Source of the DNA: Octopus vulgaris | Lineage: Eukaryota | NCBI GenBank assembly: GCA_951406725.2 | Contig: OX597824.1 | Coordinates: 60,574,001-60,638,000, forward strand | Length of the DNA stretch: 64,000 bases | Reading direction: 5' to 3' | Part shown: piece by piece, positions 14,041 to 26,814 of the stretch | Layout: every line of letters starts with the position of its first letter | How positions within the stretch are numbered: position 1 is the stretch's first letter | Made by a program: the position numbers and the translations under genes | Notes under the pieces: model-generated | Told to the model about the DNA's origin: nothing | Databases searched by the model: none | Seen by the model: only the letters and a program-made list of their open reading frames with translations

Positions 14041-14321
14041 TTCCTTAGAATAGCGACAGAAGCAGTATTAATACCAAAAGCCAATCTTCATATTCAGTTT
14101 AACATGGACATTGTGTTAGAATACAGAAAGCTGCGTTAATTTACCTTGAGAGAACCTCTGATAAGGACTCGTGGTGCATAGAAGCATTCGTGTTTATATC
14201 GTTGTCGGCCTTTTGATATAAATACTACTTCCTTCGCTATTAATTATCTTTTACCAAAACCGTTGGTTATTTGCAATACCAGGGCCTGAAGAGGTACTGA
14301 AATTCTATATATCGTTAATGT

Positions 14322-14367
14322 CTGCCGCTGAGGAGCCCAGGTAGGGCAAAATCACGCGATCTAGCAG
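14322..14367 (+). ncRNA. Degenerate type I hammerhead (G12A) inside inverted repeat 14171-14204/14385-14418
   Basis: CTGCCG-CTGAGGA-GCCC-AGGTA-GGGC-AAAA-TCACGCGA-TC-TAGCAG. Confidence 0.7.
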
Positions 14368-14609
14368 GAACCGGCTCTGTCTGTCAACGATATAAGTACG
14401 AATGCTTTTATGCACCACTAATCCACATGAGAGGTCCCCCCTTGGTAAATAACGCAGTATTCTTTATTCTAGCACAACGTCTACGTTGAACTGGATATCA
14501 AGATTGCTTTTTACATAAATCACCATCTATGGATCAGACTAAACGTATATAGATTGTTAAAAGGCATGATGCTGCAACTTTTGTGTGAGAGAAAGTTTCT
14601 TTGTAGACA

Positions 14610-15441
14610 TGCAAGGTGCATTCAAAGAGTATCCGACCTTTGGGCATAAAAAATGTACATATCACAAACTTTATTTAATAACCTTCAAAATACTTTCTTT
14701 GGAAAACCACACACTTCTCATTGCGGTTCTGTCACTGCTAGTAATACGTCTTGAGCGCTTTCCCTGGAATGGTATGGAGCTCCGTCATCGCTTTTCTCAT
14801 AATTTCATAATTTCCTCTCGCGATTCAAATTACTTCGCTTTCAGCGTGGTTTTCAGTTTGTGGAAGAGCCAGAAGTCACACTGTATCAAATAGGGAGAGT
14901 AAGGAGCTTGCTGAACAAGTGGTGTGTTGTTTTTGACCACGAAAACTTAGATTACGAGATGCATTCAAAAATTATCCAACTTCATTTTTTCGCCGACAAT
15001 CTCCGTATGCACAAACCCTCCGTTAAAACGGACTGCACTGATCCTGTGTTTATTCCCATTTCGTGAGTAATTTCCAGTGAGGTGCGGCCATGTTTGAAGT
15101 AGTTGTATCACTCCTGGGTGCCGATGGCATCATCGTCAAAGGCTTACTGAGACATCTGAATCGTTTGAGCTTGAATGTCACCAAGCTTTTGAAAAAACTT
15201 GATACAATATCTCTGCTCGATGCGTTTGGTCATCTGGCGTGAAAACGAAAATCCAACGAGCACGCATTACACGTCTATACTCTAGGTGTAACAGCTGGGA
15301 ACTAACGTGGCCTAGCAGCGCGGAAATTCTCACGCACGCATTGGAAGGGTGACGTCATCTCTCACCCAAATGATTTTTACCCACGCTGCATTGGTTTTGG
15401 CGGATAAATAAAATCGAATAACTTTTGAACGCCCCCTCCGT
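14610..15441 (-). mobile_element. Internally deleted mariner-like element
   Basis: Imperfect TIRs (CAAGGTGCATTCAAAGAGTATCCGA and TCGAATAACTTTTGAACGCCCCCT); minus-strand CDFWLF.KLK-like motif at ~14850-14885. Confidence 0.6.
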
Positions 15442-15974
15442 ATTGTGTTAAAACACAATATATGTCGATGTGAGGTGAACACTGTCGCATTAGTGGCTCA
15501 CGAGGACGTCGAACGCATTTCGCCCACATTAGGGCCTGTCAATGCTGTGCTCGCTAAGACAAAATTCGTACTTTAATGTATAGCAAACAATGAATAATAA
15601 ATCCACTGGAGTTGCTGAAAGCTTGCCAGACTGTAAACAACACGGTAAACGCAATTGAAACAACATCAAACTAAAATTACCATTTTTGTATCAAACTATA
15701 ATGCACACATACAACTGAAAGGCACGATGCTGTAGTCGTCTGTCAGAGAGAGAAAATCTTCAGATACAGGGAGGAGATAATTCTAAGACATTCACAACGA
15801 GCAGAGATTGATTTGTGATCGATTTAAACGATGACAACCTACAAAGCATCCATCCTCCCTCATTTTTGAGATACCATCGTTTGCCTAAATTTCTCACTGA
15901 TACTTTTCAACTGGATTACTGACGAACAATTAAAACTGATTGATTTAAGCTGTTTGATAATTTTATATTAAAAT

Positions 15975-16620
15975 GGAGAGGAAGTCCAATTGCATTTCAA
16001 GTAAGAAAAGAAACAAATGCTACTTTACTCTTAAATATATTCAATTAAGATAATGTTCCTCCTTATTACTGACAACATAAGCCCATCTATGTGGAAAATT
16101 GTTGATTCCTCGGTCGTAAAGTTCTTCAGCTTTTGAAGCAAAGAATCATTCAATATCATTTTAAGCTTCTACACAATTAATGAACTGTTTCCCTCTAAAT
16201 AATGTTGCGATCATAGCAGTCAGATGGTGCAAGGTCAGGAGCATAGGGAAGATGAGGCAACACTTTCCTATTTAGTGCCATAATCTTTTCCTGAGTCACT
16301 TGGACTATATGTCTGACCAATGATGGGTGCTTTTCTGTAAACACAGAGCATAACTTTGTGGGTCGAATTAAATTTGTTTGTTAATTCTCGTGTAGTTTGC
16401 TTTAGATTTACGACATCTGCGGTTTTCGGAAGTTCAGTATTGACAGAATTTGGCCGACCAGATCAAGAAGAATCTGCGAGAGAAAAATTTTCCGAGCGAA
16501 ACTGGCCAAACCATTGCTGAAGCGCGCCTCTTGAATTCATACAGTATGATCCATACTTATATTAAAAGGGTAAAATCGATACAAAATTTACCCTGTGATA
16601 TAAAGTAATCTGCAAAGAAA
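15975..16620 (-). mobile_element. Mariner transposase remnant
   Basis: Minus-strand WFGQFRSENFSLADSS.SGRP HTH region and DLAPSD-like region. Confidence 0.6.
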
Positions 16621-17372
16621 GAAAAGAAAAAGCCCAAACATTCCAATGCAAATATGAATGTTTAATTTGCTGTAAGTATCGAAAATTACCCTCAAAGCGA
16701 CCACATCAAGAATACGACAGGGCTTCCTTTTCAACAGAATTAGTCCTAAATTAAACTTACTTTTCATTGTATTAAAACTCTAGATAACAATTAACAATAT
16801 TGTATTGTGAGAGGTTGTCTTAGAGTTATTGGATGCTTGGAGGGTGTGATTATCTAGATGTTTCAAGTGTTTAGTGATTCTGCTTCCACCATTTGAGTCC
16901 ATATCGCTATTTTTTAAATCGCAATCTCGTAATTATATTCATGATGTTGCAAGTACCTCGTTTAGCGCGCTACATATTTTAGGCACGTATCGAGAGTGCT
17001 AACCGAGGTATCACCGTACGCACGCGACGGACATATTTTATGTGCGCGAGTGTACCTGTCCATCTACAAACCTTCCTACCCACAAGTGTACATCGTACGC
17101 GATTTTTCACATTATTTTCATTTGTTCTCAAATTGTTTAACCTGCCAAATTCACCATTAGCTAAGGTCAAATAGAGTTGAATCCTAGATATGCTGTATTT
17201 AACTCTTTATTTCGGTGACCTAGTTCGGCTTTTATACAAGTAAGATTTTCGTGATGCCTGTAAAATTAGTCAGTTTCTTCTGTCACTTTCTATCGCCTTT
17301 CGTCAGTTTCCTTCTGCCAGAGACAAATCATTTTTGTCGTTTACATACATACACACACGTGATACGCACGCG

Positions 17373-17421
<49 letters not shown>

Positions 17422-18529
17422 TCACGCATGCACACACACATACGCACACATGCACACATACACTCGTGCACGCACGCACGCACACATACACACACACACG
17501 ACACGCACGCACACATATACACACACACGCACACTCACATACACACACATGAACATGCATGCATGCTCGCACGCACACATACACACACACACACACACAC
17601 ACAAACTCCTTCGATACACGAATTTCTTTCACACGAGCCTAGAACCATTTACCTTACTGCTTCCATACACTTGTGGCAGATTATACTATAAGGACTGGAC
17701 TGGAAATCTTCGATGAAAACAAACTATCACCCACATTGCAAACTTTTGTGGGGTTCTTTATTTTGGTGCCAACTCGTGGCAGTTGTGCAATTACCCAAAA
17801 TTTGAATAAAATCAGTAATATATATAAACTATCTTTTATCAATTTAACTAAATTTTTTAACGCTATGAGCGGATGGTAGGAACCCACATTAATATAACTA
17901 AGTCTATCGTGGGGGCTTCCTATAAGGTTTATGAATATTTAGATCTAAGGATACATCTAGGAAATTGACAACCGTCAGGTTGGGGCCTGTACTTATGCTA
18001 AGACCGAAAGTTTTCATCAAACGGATAACGTCCTTCCTAAACCGATCCTGTGCTGGGACCAGCACAGGATCGATTTAGGAGGGACATCAGTTTAGGAAGG
18101 TTTCTGCTATATCCCCATAGTTTTAAAAAGTTTTGTTAAAAACATTAGCAAAAGAATTTCTAGCTTCTCCGATAGGGACATTTTTAAAAGCATTGCCTCA
18201 GTATATAATAAGGCTCTAAAAAATAGCGGATTTAGTGAGGAAATAACCTATACACTTGCCACCAATCCAGTAATAAAGAAAAGGAAACATAGGAATAGGA
18301 AAACTATCTGGTTCACACCCCCTTACTCACCCGAAGTGACCTTTAATATAGGCAAGTATTTCTTAGTACTGATAGATAGATATTTTCCAGTCAATCATAG
18401 TTACAGAAAGCTCTTCAATAGACATAACTTAAATATCAGTTTCAGCTCAACTACTAATTTTAAAAATATAATCGCACACAACACACAAAAACCAAATATG
18501 AAACTAGCTGTTCATGCAGGAATAAAAAT

Positions 18530-18844
18530 TTGTGCCCTCTAAATGGAGCTTGCATGTCCGAGACCATCATTTATGAAGCCACCGTGGACTTTATATCCAC
18601 TAAGGACACGGTTTCAACGAAGAAATACGTGGGCCTTACAGAGGGTAATTTCAAGGCCAGGTTCAATAATTACACCTTGAGCTTCAGGTACTGGGATAAA
18701 AGTAAAACGACCAAATTATTCAGTCATATATGGTCCTTAAAAGATAAACGTGCCAGTTACAACATCCATTGGAAGATCTTAGCAAAGCGTAAGCCCTACA
18801 CCAACGGCAGTGGAAAGTGCGGTCTTTGTGATATGGAAAGATAG
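18530..18844 (+). pseudogene. GIY-YIG endonuclease domain of PLE
   Basis: IIY..YVG..R motif with flanking cysteines; frameshifts and stops nearby. Confidence 0.85.
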
Positions 18845-19431
18845 CTCATCTGGAAAAGCATGTCTAAATTCAAGAACTAAACTTTTCGGATCATGTCCAC
18901 ATATGGCTAAATATTTGTTATGTTTTTGGTTCTCCGAGTTTACAGATAGGACTTGCTTTCTATATTGTGTCCACATACAAGGTTTTTATCTCTCTATATT
19001 TTTTACTTATATTTCTTTTACATTAAAAATTTTTTTTTTTTACATATTTGTAGAGATATTGGTTTATAGTTTTATTGCTCATATATTTTTTTACACATAA
19101 TTTTTCTATATTCTACCTTCCACCCTGCATTTTCCCTGTGTATATATAGACGTGTATATGGAATTTCTTGTGCACGCATGTGGATGTGTGCGTTTGTGCG
19201 GGTATGTGCGTATATAGACGTGTGTGTGTGTGTGCGTGCATGCGAGTATGGTCGTGTATATACGTGTTTTACTCTTATTGTTTATTTTTTACACTTTTTT
19301 AACACATTTTTCTGTATTTTACCGTTAGCCCTGTTTTTTCTTGTGCATTTGCGTATATAGACGTGTGTATGAATCTTTTTTGTGCGTGTGTATGTGTGTG
19401 CGAGCGTGTTTGCAGGTATACTCTTTTTTTT

Positions 19432-19829
19432 TTTTACTTGCTTCAGTCATTTGACTGCGGCCATGCTGGAGCACCGCCTTTAGTCGAGCAAATCGACCCC
19501 GGGACTTATTCTTTGTAAGCCCAGTACTTATTCTATCGGTCTCTTTTGCCGAACCGCTAAGTGACGGGGACGTAAACACACCAGCATCGGTTGTCAAGCA
19601 ATGCTAGGGGGACAAACACAGACACACAAACATATTCACATACACTTATATATATATACATATATACGACAGGCTTCTTTCAGTTTCCGTCTACCAAATC
19701 CACTCACAAGGCATTGGTCGGCCCGGGGCTATAGCAGAAGACACGTGCCCAAAATGCCACGCACTGGGACTGAACCCGGAACCATGTGGTTGGTTAGCAA
19801 GCTACTTACCAAACAGCCACTCCTGCGCC
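19432..19829 (-). mobile_element. SINE family A, full-length
   Basis: Near-identical to 101-503; head GGCGCAGGAGTGG. Confidence 0.92.
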
Positions 19830-20118
19830 TATTTTTTGGCGAATGCGTGGGTGAGCATGTGTGTGTTTCAAGGAGGGTGGATAAGTATATACTTATAGGC
19901 GCATGTACGTGGGTGTGCGGGTGCGCATGTGTATGTATGGACATGCGCGCTTACGCGATTACTATGAACATTTTTACTCCCTTTTTACTCCCTTACCTTT
20001 ACTCCCCCCCCTCACTTAGCGGTCATTCTGATAGCTGTTTTGTCTTAATAACGGTCAAGCACACAGTAATTTCCCTTTGTTTTAACGGTTATTTTCATAG
20101 CATTCTTTTCGATGGCCC

Positions 20119-20179
20119 GATAACTGAAGAGATGCCGGCGTGGATTTCCGCCCCGACATCTGAAGCTCGGAGTTTTATC
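20119..20179 (+). ncRNA. Degenerate hammerhead (GAAA>GAAG), same family as 8796
   Basis: GATAA-CTGAAGA-GATG..CATCT-GAAG-CTCGGAG-TT-TTATC. Confidence 0.65.
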
Positions 20180-20216
20180 ATGGCTACCAAATAGTTGTCA
20201 CATATTATATTTACAG

Positions 20217-20259
<43 letters not shown>

Positions 20260-20317
20260 ATGTAGGATAAAATTTTTTCGTTTGCCCTTATTTATAAGTT
20301 GTTTATAAATATATATG

Positions 20318-20368
<51 letters not shown>

Positions 20369-20380
20369 GAAGGATATATA

Positions 20381-20436
20381 TCATTCAAGAGAAATCTTCC
20401 TGAAGATTTCTCTTGAATGAAACAGTTCTAGTCCTG
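20381..20436 (+). ncRNA. 40-bp palindrome overlapping a hammerhead-like core
   Basis: TCATTCAAGAGAAATCTTC-CT-GAAGATTTCTCTTGAATGA; CTGAAGA at 20400, GAAA at 20419, GTC at 20431; helix I 5' strand replaced by the inversion. Confidence 0.5.
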
Positions 20437-20524
20437 TAACTCCTTCTATATAATAAATTAATTTTACTCTGCTATGTATTGAGTACCTTATTTACTGTGG
20501 TTAACCCTGAATCAACCCGGGACC

Positions 20525-20575
<51 letters not shown>

Positions 20576-20765
20576 TATATATACATATATATATATAATG
20601 TATATATAATATATATACATGTGTATAATATTACGTCACATGAAGAGACACTTCTCCGTGGGATGCATTGGAATTCATTATATTGTTTTCCTTCCATTGA
20701 GGAGCGGTGCAGAACATACCGGATAAAGTTTTCAGTATTCACTGTCTTCCGTATCAATTAATTCT

Positions 20766-21150
20766 ATGTATGTATGTATGTATGCATGTATGTATGTATG
20801 TATGCATGTATGTATGTATGTATGTATGTTTGTATGTATGTATGTATGCATGTATGTATGTATGCATACATGTATGTATGTTTGTATGTATGTATGTATG
20901 CATACACGCACGCACGCACGCACGCACGCATGCACGCATGCACGCATGCACGCACGCATGCATGCATGTATGTATGTATGTATGTATGTATGTATGTATG
21001 TATGTATGTATGTATGTATGTATGCATGTATGTATGTATGCATGTATGATGTATGTATGCATGTATGTATGTATGTATGTATGCATGTATGTATGCATGT
21101 ATGTATGTATGTTTGTCTGTATGTGTGTGTGTGTATGTGTGTGTGTGTGT
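20766..21150. repeat. (TATG)n/(CACG)n compound microsatellite
   Basis: Direct reading. Confidence 0.95.
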
Positions 21151-21827
21151 TACTTATGACTTTGAATTATGTCTTGTTGTGGGACCTGGTTCTGGTGTTC
21201 CAGTATTTTGAGGAGTATAAAACTACTTAGCCACTCTTGTTCCCACGTCTATTCTGACCAGGATCCGGTCAAAAGCCCCTTAGGATAAAAAACCCTCGGA
21301 AAAAATCCCCTAGGACAAAATCCCACGGTTATATTTTCTGGTTATTTTTTCGTTTTCATAATTTTTAGCTGAATGTATCGACCCAGAATTTTTTTTACTT
21401 GTTGCAGTTATTAGACTGTGACCGGCCATGCTAGGGCACCATTGAAGAATTTTTAGATGGCTGTATGGAACCCAGAATTTTTCTGAGCCTGATCAGAACC
21501 ATTTCTGTGATATAATTTATTTTTGTTTTTCTTTTTACTTGTTTCAGTTTTTTACTTGTTTTTCTTTTTACTTGTTACTGCAGCCATGCTGAGGCACTAC
21601 CTTAAGGATTTTTTTGTCGATTTTATCGACCTCCAAGATGTTTATAAATTATTTTCAACAAGCGCACGAAGTTAAGTCTAAAAAGTTTCTCGACATGCTA
21701 AAAATAACATCCAAATCTTTTGAAATTTTGTAATAACCCCACCACCTCGGTTATATTTTTTGGTAAGCAAGCTACTTATCACACAGTCACTCTTGCGCCT
21801 ATTATATATATATATATAAATGCCCGC

Positions 21828-21995
21828 GGGCATATTGTGTAGTGGTAAGAGCGCTTGCTACTAATCCCAAGATTCCGAGTTCGATCCCAGGCAGTGACCT
21901 GAATAATAATAATAACAACATCGAGAAATACCTTGGGAATGAGAACCCAGGTTCGAAATTTCCCCAAGACACCTCAAACAAGTTGAGGACAAAAA
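21828..21995 (+). mobile_element. tRNA-headed short element (family H), copy lacking the HHR
   Basis: A-box-like TGTGTAGTGG, B-box GAGTTCGATCC, (AAT)n, and a body matching 27938-27993. Confidence 0.8.
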
Positions 21996-22865
21996 CATAA
22001 TGTAAATAAATAAACAAGTAAATAATGTAAATAATGTTTAAAAATCGAAGCCTGAAATGCATTCCAGTAGACACAGAAATCGTTGATAGAAGAAGGAAAA
22101 ATAAAACAAAAAGCTGCAAAGTCAAAAAAGAAAAAGAAAGTAAATGTCAAATTATAAGTTTGGAATAAACTTGATATTAAGGGAGTGTTTACTTACTTAT
22201 TGGCGTAGTTGTTTCTTGTGACATCTCGAAGCCTCAAAGAATTTCTAAGAAAAAGAATTTCAACTGACGTGGACTTCGGTTTTGGTGAGTTCAATCTTAC
22301 GTGTCGCCTCTTATCTGTTATGTAGTGTGTCTTGTAGCTTGCTGTGATTGTAGTCAGTGTTCTTTCATTACTGTTTCTACATCACATGTGTTGTGGCATC
22401 GTTTACTTCGCCGCTCATGAAATGAAAAACAGTCAGTCAGTTGATAGTTTATTATGATTGCGTGTGTGTGTGAGAGTGGACGTGTATTCGTGTGTGTTTA
22501 TGTGGTTATACGTGGGTGTGTGTGTGTTTGTGTGCGAGAAAGAAGACGAAGAGAGCATGTGCGTTTGCAGGTTTAACTATAAATATGTGCATATACATGT
22601 GTTTGTGTGAACGTGGATATGTGTCTATATGTATCTCTCTCTCTCTCCAACTCTCCCTCTCCCTATATATACGCATGTGCGTCTGTATGTGTATGTGAGT
22701 GTGTATACGTGTGGGTGTGTGCTTTTGCATGAGAGAGGGAGAGAGAGAGAGAAAAAGGGAGAGGGAGTATGAGCATGTTTAACTATAAATATATATACGT
22801 GTGTGTGTGTGTGTGTGTATGTGTGTATGTGTATGTGTGTGTGTAAGTGTATGTGCTTCTATATG

Positions 22866-22934
<69 letters not shown>

Positions 22935-22938
<4 letters not shown>

Positions 22939-23095
22939 GTAAGAATGGTTGTGTGGTTGATAGCAAGCTACCTACCACATGCTTCCCGGTTCAGTCCCAC
23001 GTGGCACCTTGGGCAAGTGTCTTCTACTATAGCCTCGGGCCGACCAAAGCCTTGTGAGAGGATTTGGTAGATGGAAACTGAAAGAAGCCCGTCGT
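22935..23095 (+). mobile_element. SINE family A, 5' half
   Basis: Head and core match. Confidence 0.85.
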
Positions 23096-23142
23096 ATATA
23101 TATATATATATATATCTATATATATCTATATACATACATACG

Positions 23143-23201
<59 letters not shown>

Positions 23202-23730
23202 GTTATATATGTATATATATTTATACATACCTATATATAAATATAACTATGTATATATGTGTATAAATACATATACGTATGTATAAATATATATACATAT
23301 ATATATATCAAATATGCATATATATATGCATATTTGATATATGTATATATGTATATATATTTATACATACCTATATATAAATATAACTATGTATATATAT
23401 GTATAAATACATATACGTATGTATATATATATATGCATATGTTATATATGTATATATATTTATACATACCTATATATAAATATAACTATGTATATGTATG
23501 TATAAATACATATACGTATGTATAAATATATATACATATATAACATATGCATATATATATGCATATTTGATATATGTATATATGTATATATATTTATACA
23601 TACCTATATATAAATATAACTATGTATATATATGTATAAATACATATACGTATGTATAAATATATATACATATATAACATATGCATATATATATGCATAT
23701 TTGATATATATATATATATTTATACATACG

Positions 23731-23773
<43 letters not shown>

Positions 23774-23940
23774 TTATATTTATATATATATATACATATA
23801 CATATGTATAAATATATATGCATATGTTATATATGTATGTATATATATATGCATGTTATATATGTATATATAAATATAAATATGTATAAATATATATATA
23901 CACACACACACATATATATATATACATGCGTATATATACG
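23095..23940. repeat. TA-rich compound minisatellite
   Basis: Unit containing TTTATACATACCTATATATAAATATAACTATG repeated four times. Confidence 0.85.
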
Positions 23941-25280
23941 CATACACACAAACGCGTACACATTTTGTTTTTATTTTACCATTATATTCTCGAGGAAATA
24001 AACACGTTAAATCAAGAAGGACGAAGTGCGGTTTCAGTTACTGAATCCTTGGAGAGAATTCATTTCAAATTACATCCGACAAAGTCGAGTATATAAAGAC
24101 GCAAACAAGGGAAGAAAGGAAGAAGGAAAAAAAGAAAGAAAAATATTGCGTAAAAATATCTTAAAACGTTCCTGCAAAAGTGGCTTTTGTTACAGAATCT
24201 AGCCACGTCCTCTGAGCTTATAAACACAAAAATTCAATTTATTAATCAAAGTTATTCTCTTCAAATTAAAGTCGTCGTCGTCATCATTGTCACCACCATC
24301 AATACCACCAGTGACAAGTACCATCACTTACAAGCACCACAGATGACCACCACCACCACCACCACCACCGCTGACGCTATCGCTGCTGTGCCATCACCGC
24401 CGCCGCCAACACCAGCACCGCCACCGCGGCCACCACCTCACCGCCACTGCCCTCACTTCTGCCACTGTCGCCATTGCCAACGCCACTGCCACTGCCACTG
24501 CCGCCACCGCTGCTGCACTGTAACAGGCACCGCGTGCGAGGAGATCAAAGCGTGTTCGAGCAGTGCCATAGCTTGATTGTTCTCATAAACACAGCGAGGG
24601 TGTGGATTTTCAGTCCTGCTAGGAACCTATGCTCTTTTGCACAAATGTAGAAACAACGGGTACCTCTTTCAGCAGGTGTACAGAGAGCTTACCAGCCGCA
24701 CTCACATGCGACTTCATTTTCTCATGGAAATTTTTGTTGAGTGAATTGCTTTCTCGGTTTCAGACAGTCATAGTATGCAACGCAAAACTGAGCTGTTAAA
24801 AATCAAACGATTCTTGAAGCTTTTTACAGTGAGGAAAGGCCTTTTGCACGGGACCAATCGTACTGTTTAAACAAAGTATGCATTTTCCAGTAAAGAAGAA
24901 CTAGTTTACTTCATTGGATGCAAACGAATTCGCAGTTGTTACATCTGAATTTTTCTACTAGAGCGTCGTCTAAAAAAACCCAGTGACATCTCACTTGCAG
25001 TTGTTGGATGGCTGTTGACTCTTGCGAGTTCATCTTTGACAAGTTTTGGTTTTCGTCCGGCAGGGTGTCCAAAGAAAACTACCCTTTTTACTAACCAGGC
25101 TTGATAAGGGTGGTCGGTTTAGTCGCCAACGGCCCGACCATGCGACAAGCCGTAGTGGAGTGCATATTATCAGTAGCACAAAGAGTAACTTGACATACAC
25201 ACACACACACACAGATACGCCATCAATTTTCCAAGTTTCTCTCTCTCTCCCTCTCTCCCCCCCTCTCTCTCTATATATAG

Positions 25281-25324
<44 letters not shown>

Positions 25325-26424
25325 ATATGCAGCGAATATCTACGAACTTTCTAAGCTAGACTTTGAAACCTAATCCACATATTTCTACGAATCCCCGTCC
25401 TGTTGTTTTAGCCTGTTGCTGACCACTTGATTTTTCTCGAGGTAGTCATCGGTCAAAATCTAATCGCGTGATCTAATTTAGTTACGAAGAACATTAATGC
25501 GTGAAGCTAAATAGCCTTCTTTCTCTTTGGTTGAACTGGTCCCTGGTCAAAAAAGCAACTCTCTTAGTATACTGATTAATGCGCGAAAGTAGATTTAGTG
25601 AAAAAGAAAATAATTACATTGAGCTATTGAGAAATCTACAGGTGCTCAACCTAGATTACAAGTTCCTGAAATTGATAAGACACTGAGATATGTAACACAT
25701 TGCCTAAGGATCAATCTTGAGAAATAAGGCTTCTCAAAATCAGAAAGGAGAAAGCTGATTCAAAAACTGCGCATCCAAGCCATCACTGGAACTGTAAGAA
25801 TTTGTAAAACTTTCCAGGTGTTTATCTTTTAAGTATATAAACGCATGTCTAGACAACCTAGTGTATATATGAGAATACACACATAAAACAAAACATAAAA
25901 ATCTGCACATGCATTCACTCCAAATACTGCATATACACATACATGCAAAAATACCCTGTGATGTTGAAATTTCAATGAAGGAGCCTTGGATCTAGGTTAG
26001 AGACCGGCTCTTGAAATAAAAGAGACAATGACATACAAATATATTTTAATATATTCTGGGTAATAACCTTATAGTGTGCTTTCCAAAGCTTCTCTCCGGG
26101 TATCGGTTACCAAATGTTGTTATACAGTAGGACATTTCCTGTTACTGGATATACATGTGAAAATCCGCAAATATTCGTAGAGTATAAAGAACAAAAAAAT
26201 GTAATGCGAGAAGATGGATTGAACAGGCTTTATTACAAATCACCACAGTTGTTAATTGCTGAATGTTACACAAATTATATGCCATATTGCATTGATATGA
26301 TTCAAAAATAGCTGTATACATGCTTATCCTCGGGTGAGCAAAGTCAACTGATAATGATGCGTTGAAATAATTGTAGTTATTTGTAATAAAGCCTGTCCCA
26401 TCCATCTTCTCGTATCAAAATTTG

Positions 26425-26502
<78 letters not shown>

Positions 26503-26814
26503 CATACACATACAAGGTTATATACATATATATGCATATAAATCGATGTGCGAGAAAAAGATGGAGGTGAAACTCCTGTCGCAGTTGACCACACCTTGAA
26601 GGAAATATACCGCATTTCCATCCTCTATCGAAAGCGTCAAAAATCAATTACTATATACAACGTTTCAATTATATTACCCACTACTGTTAGCATATAGCTG
26701 TCAGATTAATTTACATATTTTTGTTTTAGATGGCTTATCAGCGAGAGAGGACTTACGGAAGCAGTGGATATAGGCCAAACCCAAAGCGAAAGAAAATTTA
26801 TTAGTCCTGTATGA

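Larger units (their letters stand above)
17835..20220 (+). mobile_element. 5'-truncated Penelope-like element with 5' inversion (RT C-terminus, GIY-YIG endonuclease, HHR tail), interrupted by a SINE
   Basis: Minus 18056-17835 reads VNFLDVSLDL..KPYRKP..YINVGSYHP; plus 18110-18900 reads ALKNSGF..WFTPPYS..NIGKYFL and CPLNGAC..IIYEATV..YVGLTEGNFKARF..CGLC; HHR remnant at 20119. Confidence 0.85.

Noticed and set aside
21828-21900. Functional tRNA gene
   Set aside because: Acceptor stem does not pair, the anticodon differs between copies (ACT vs GCT), and it is embedded in a repeat; treated as a SINE head
24187-24576. 129-aa Thr/Pro/Cys/His-rich ORF
   Set aside because: Derived from decayed (CAC)/(GCC) triplet repeats; no domain or splice evidence
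26558-26645. 3' half of a hammerhead (GATGGAGG/CCTCTATC-GAAA-GCG-TC)
   Set aside because: No CUGANGA or helix I upstream
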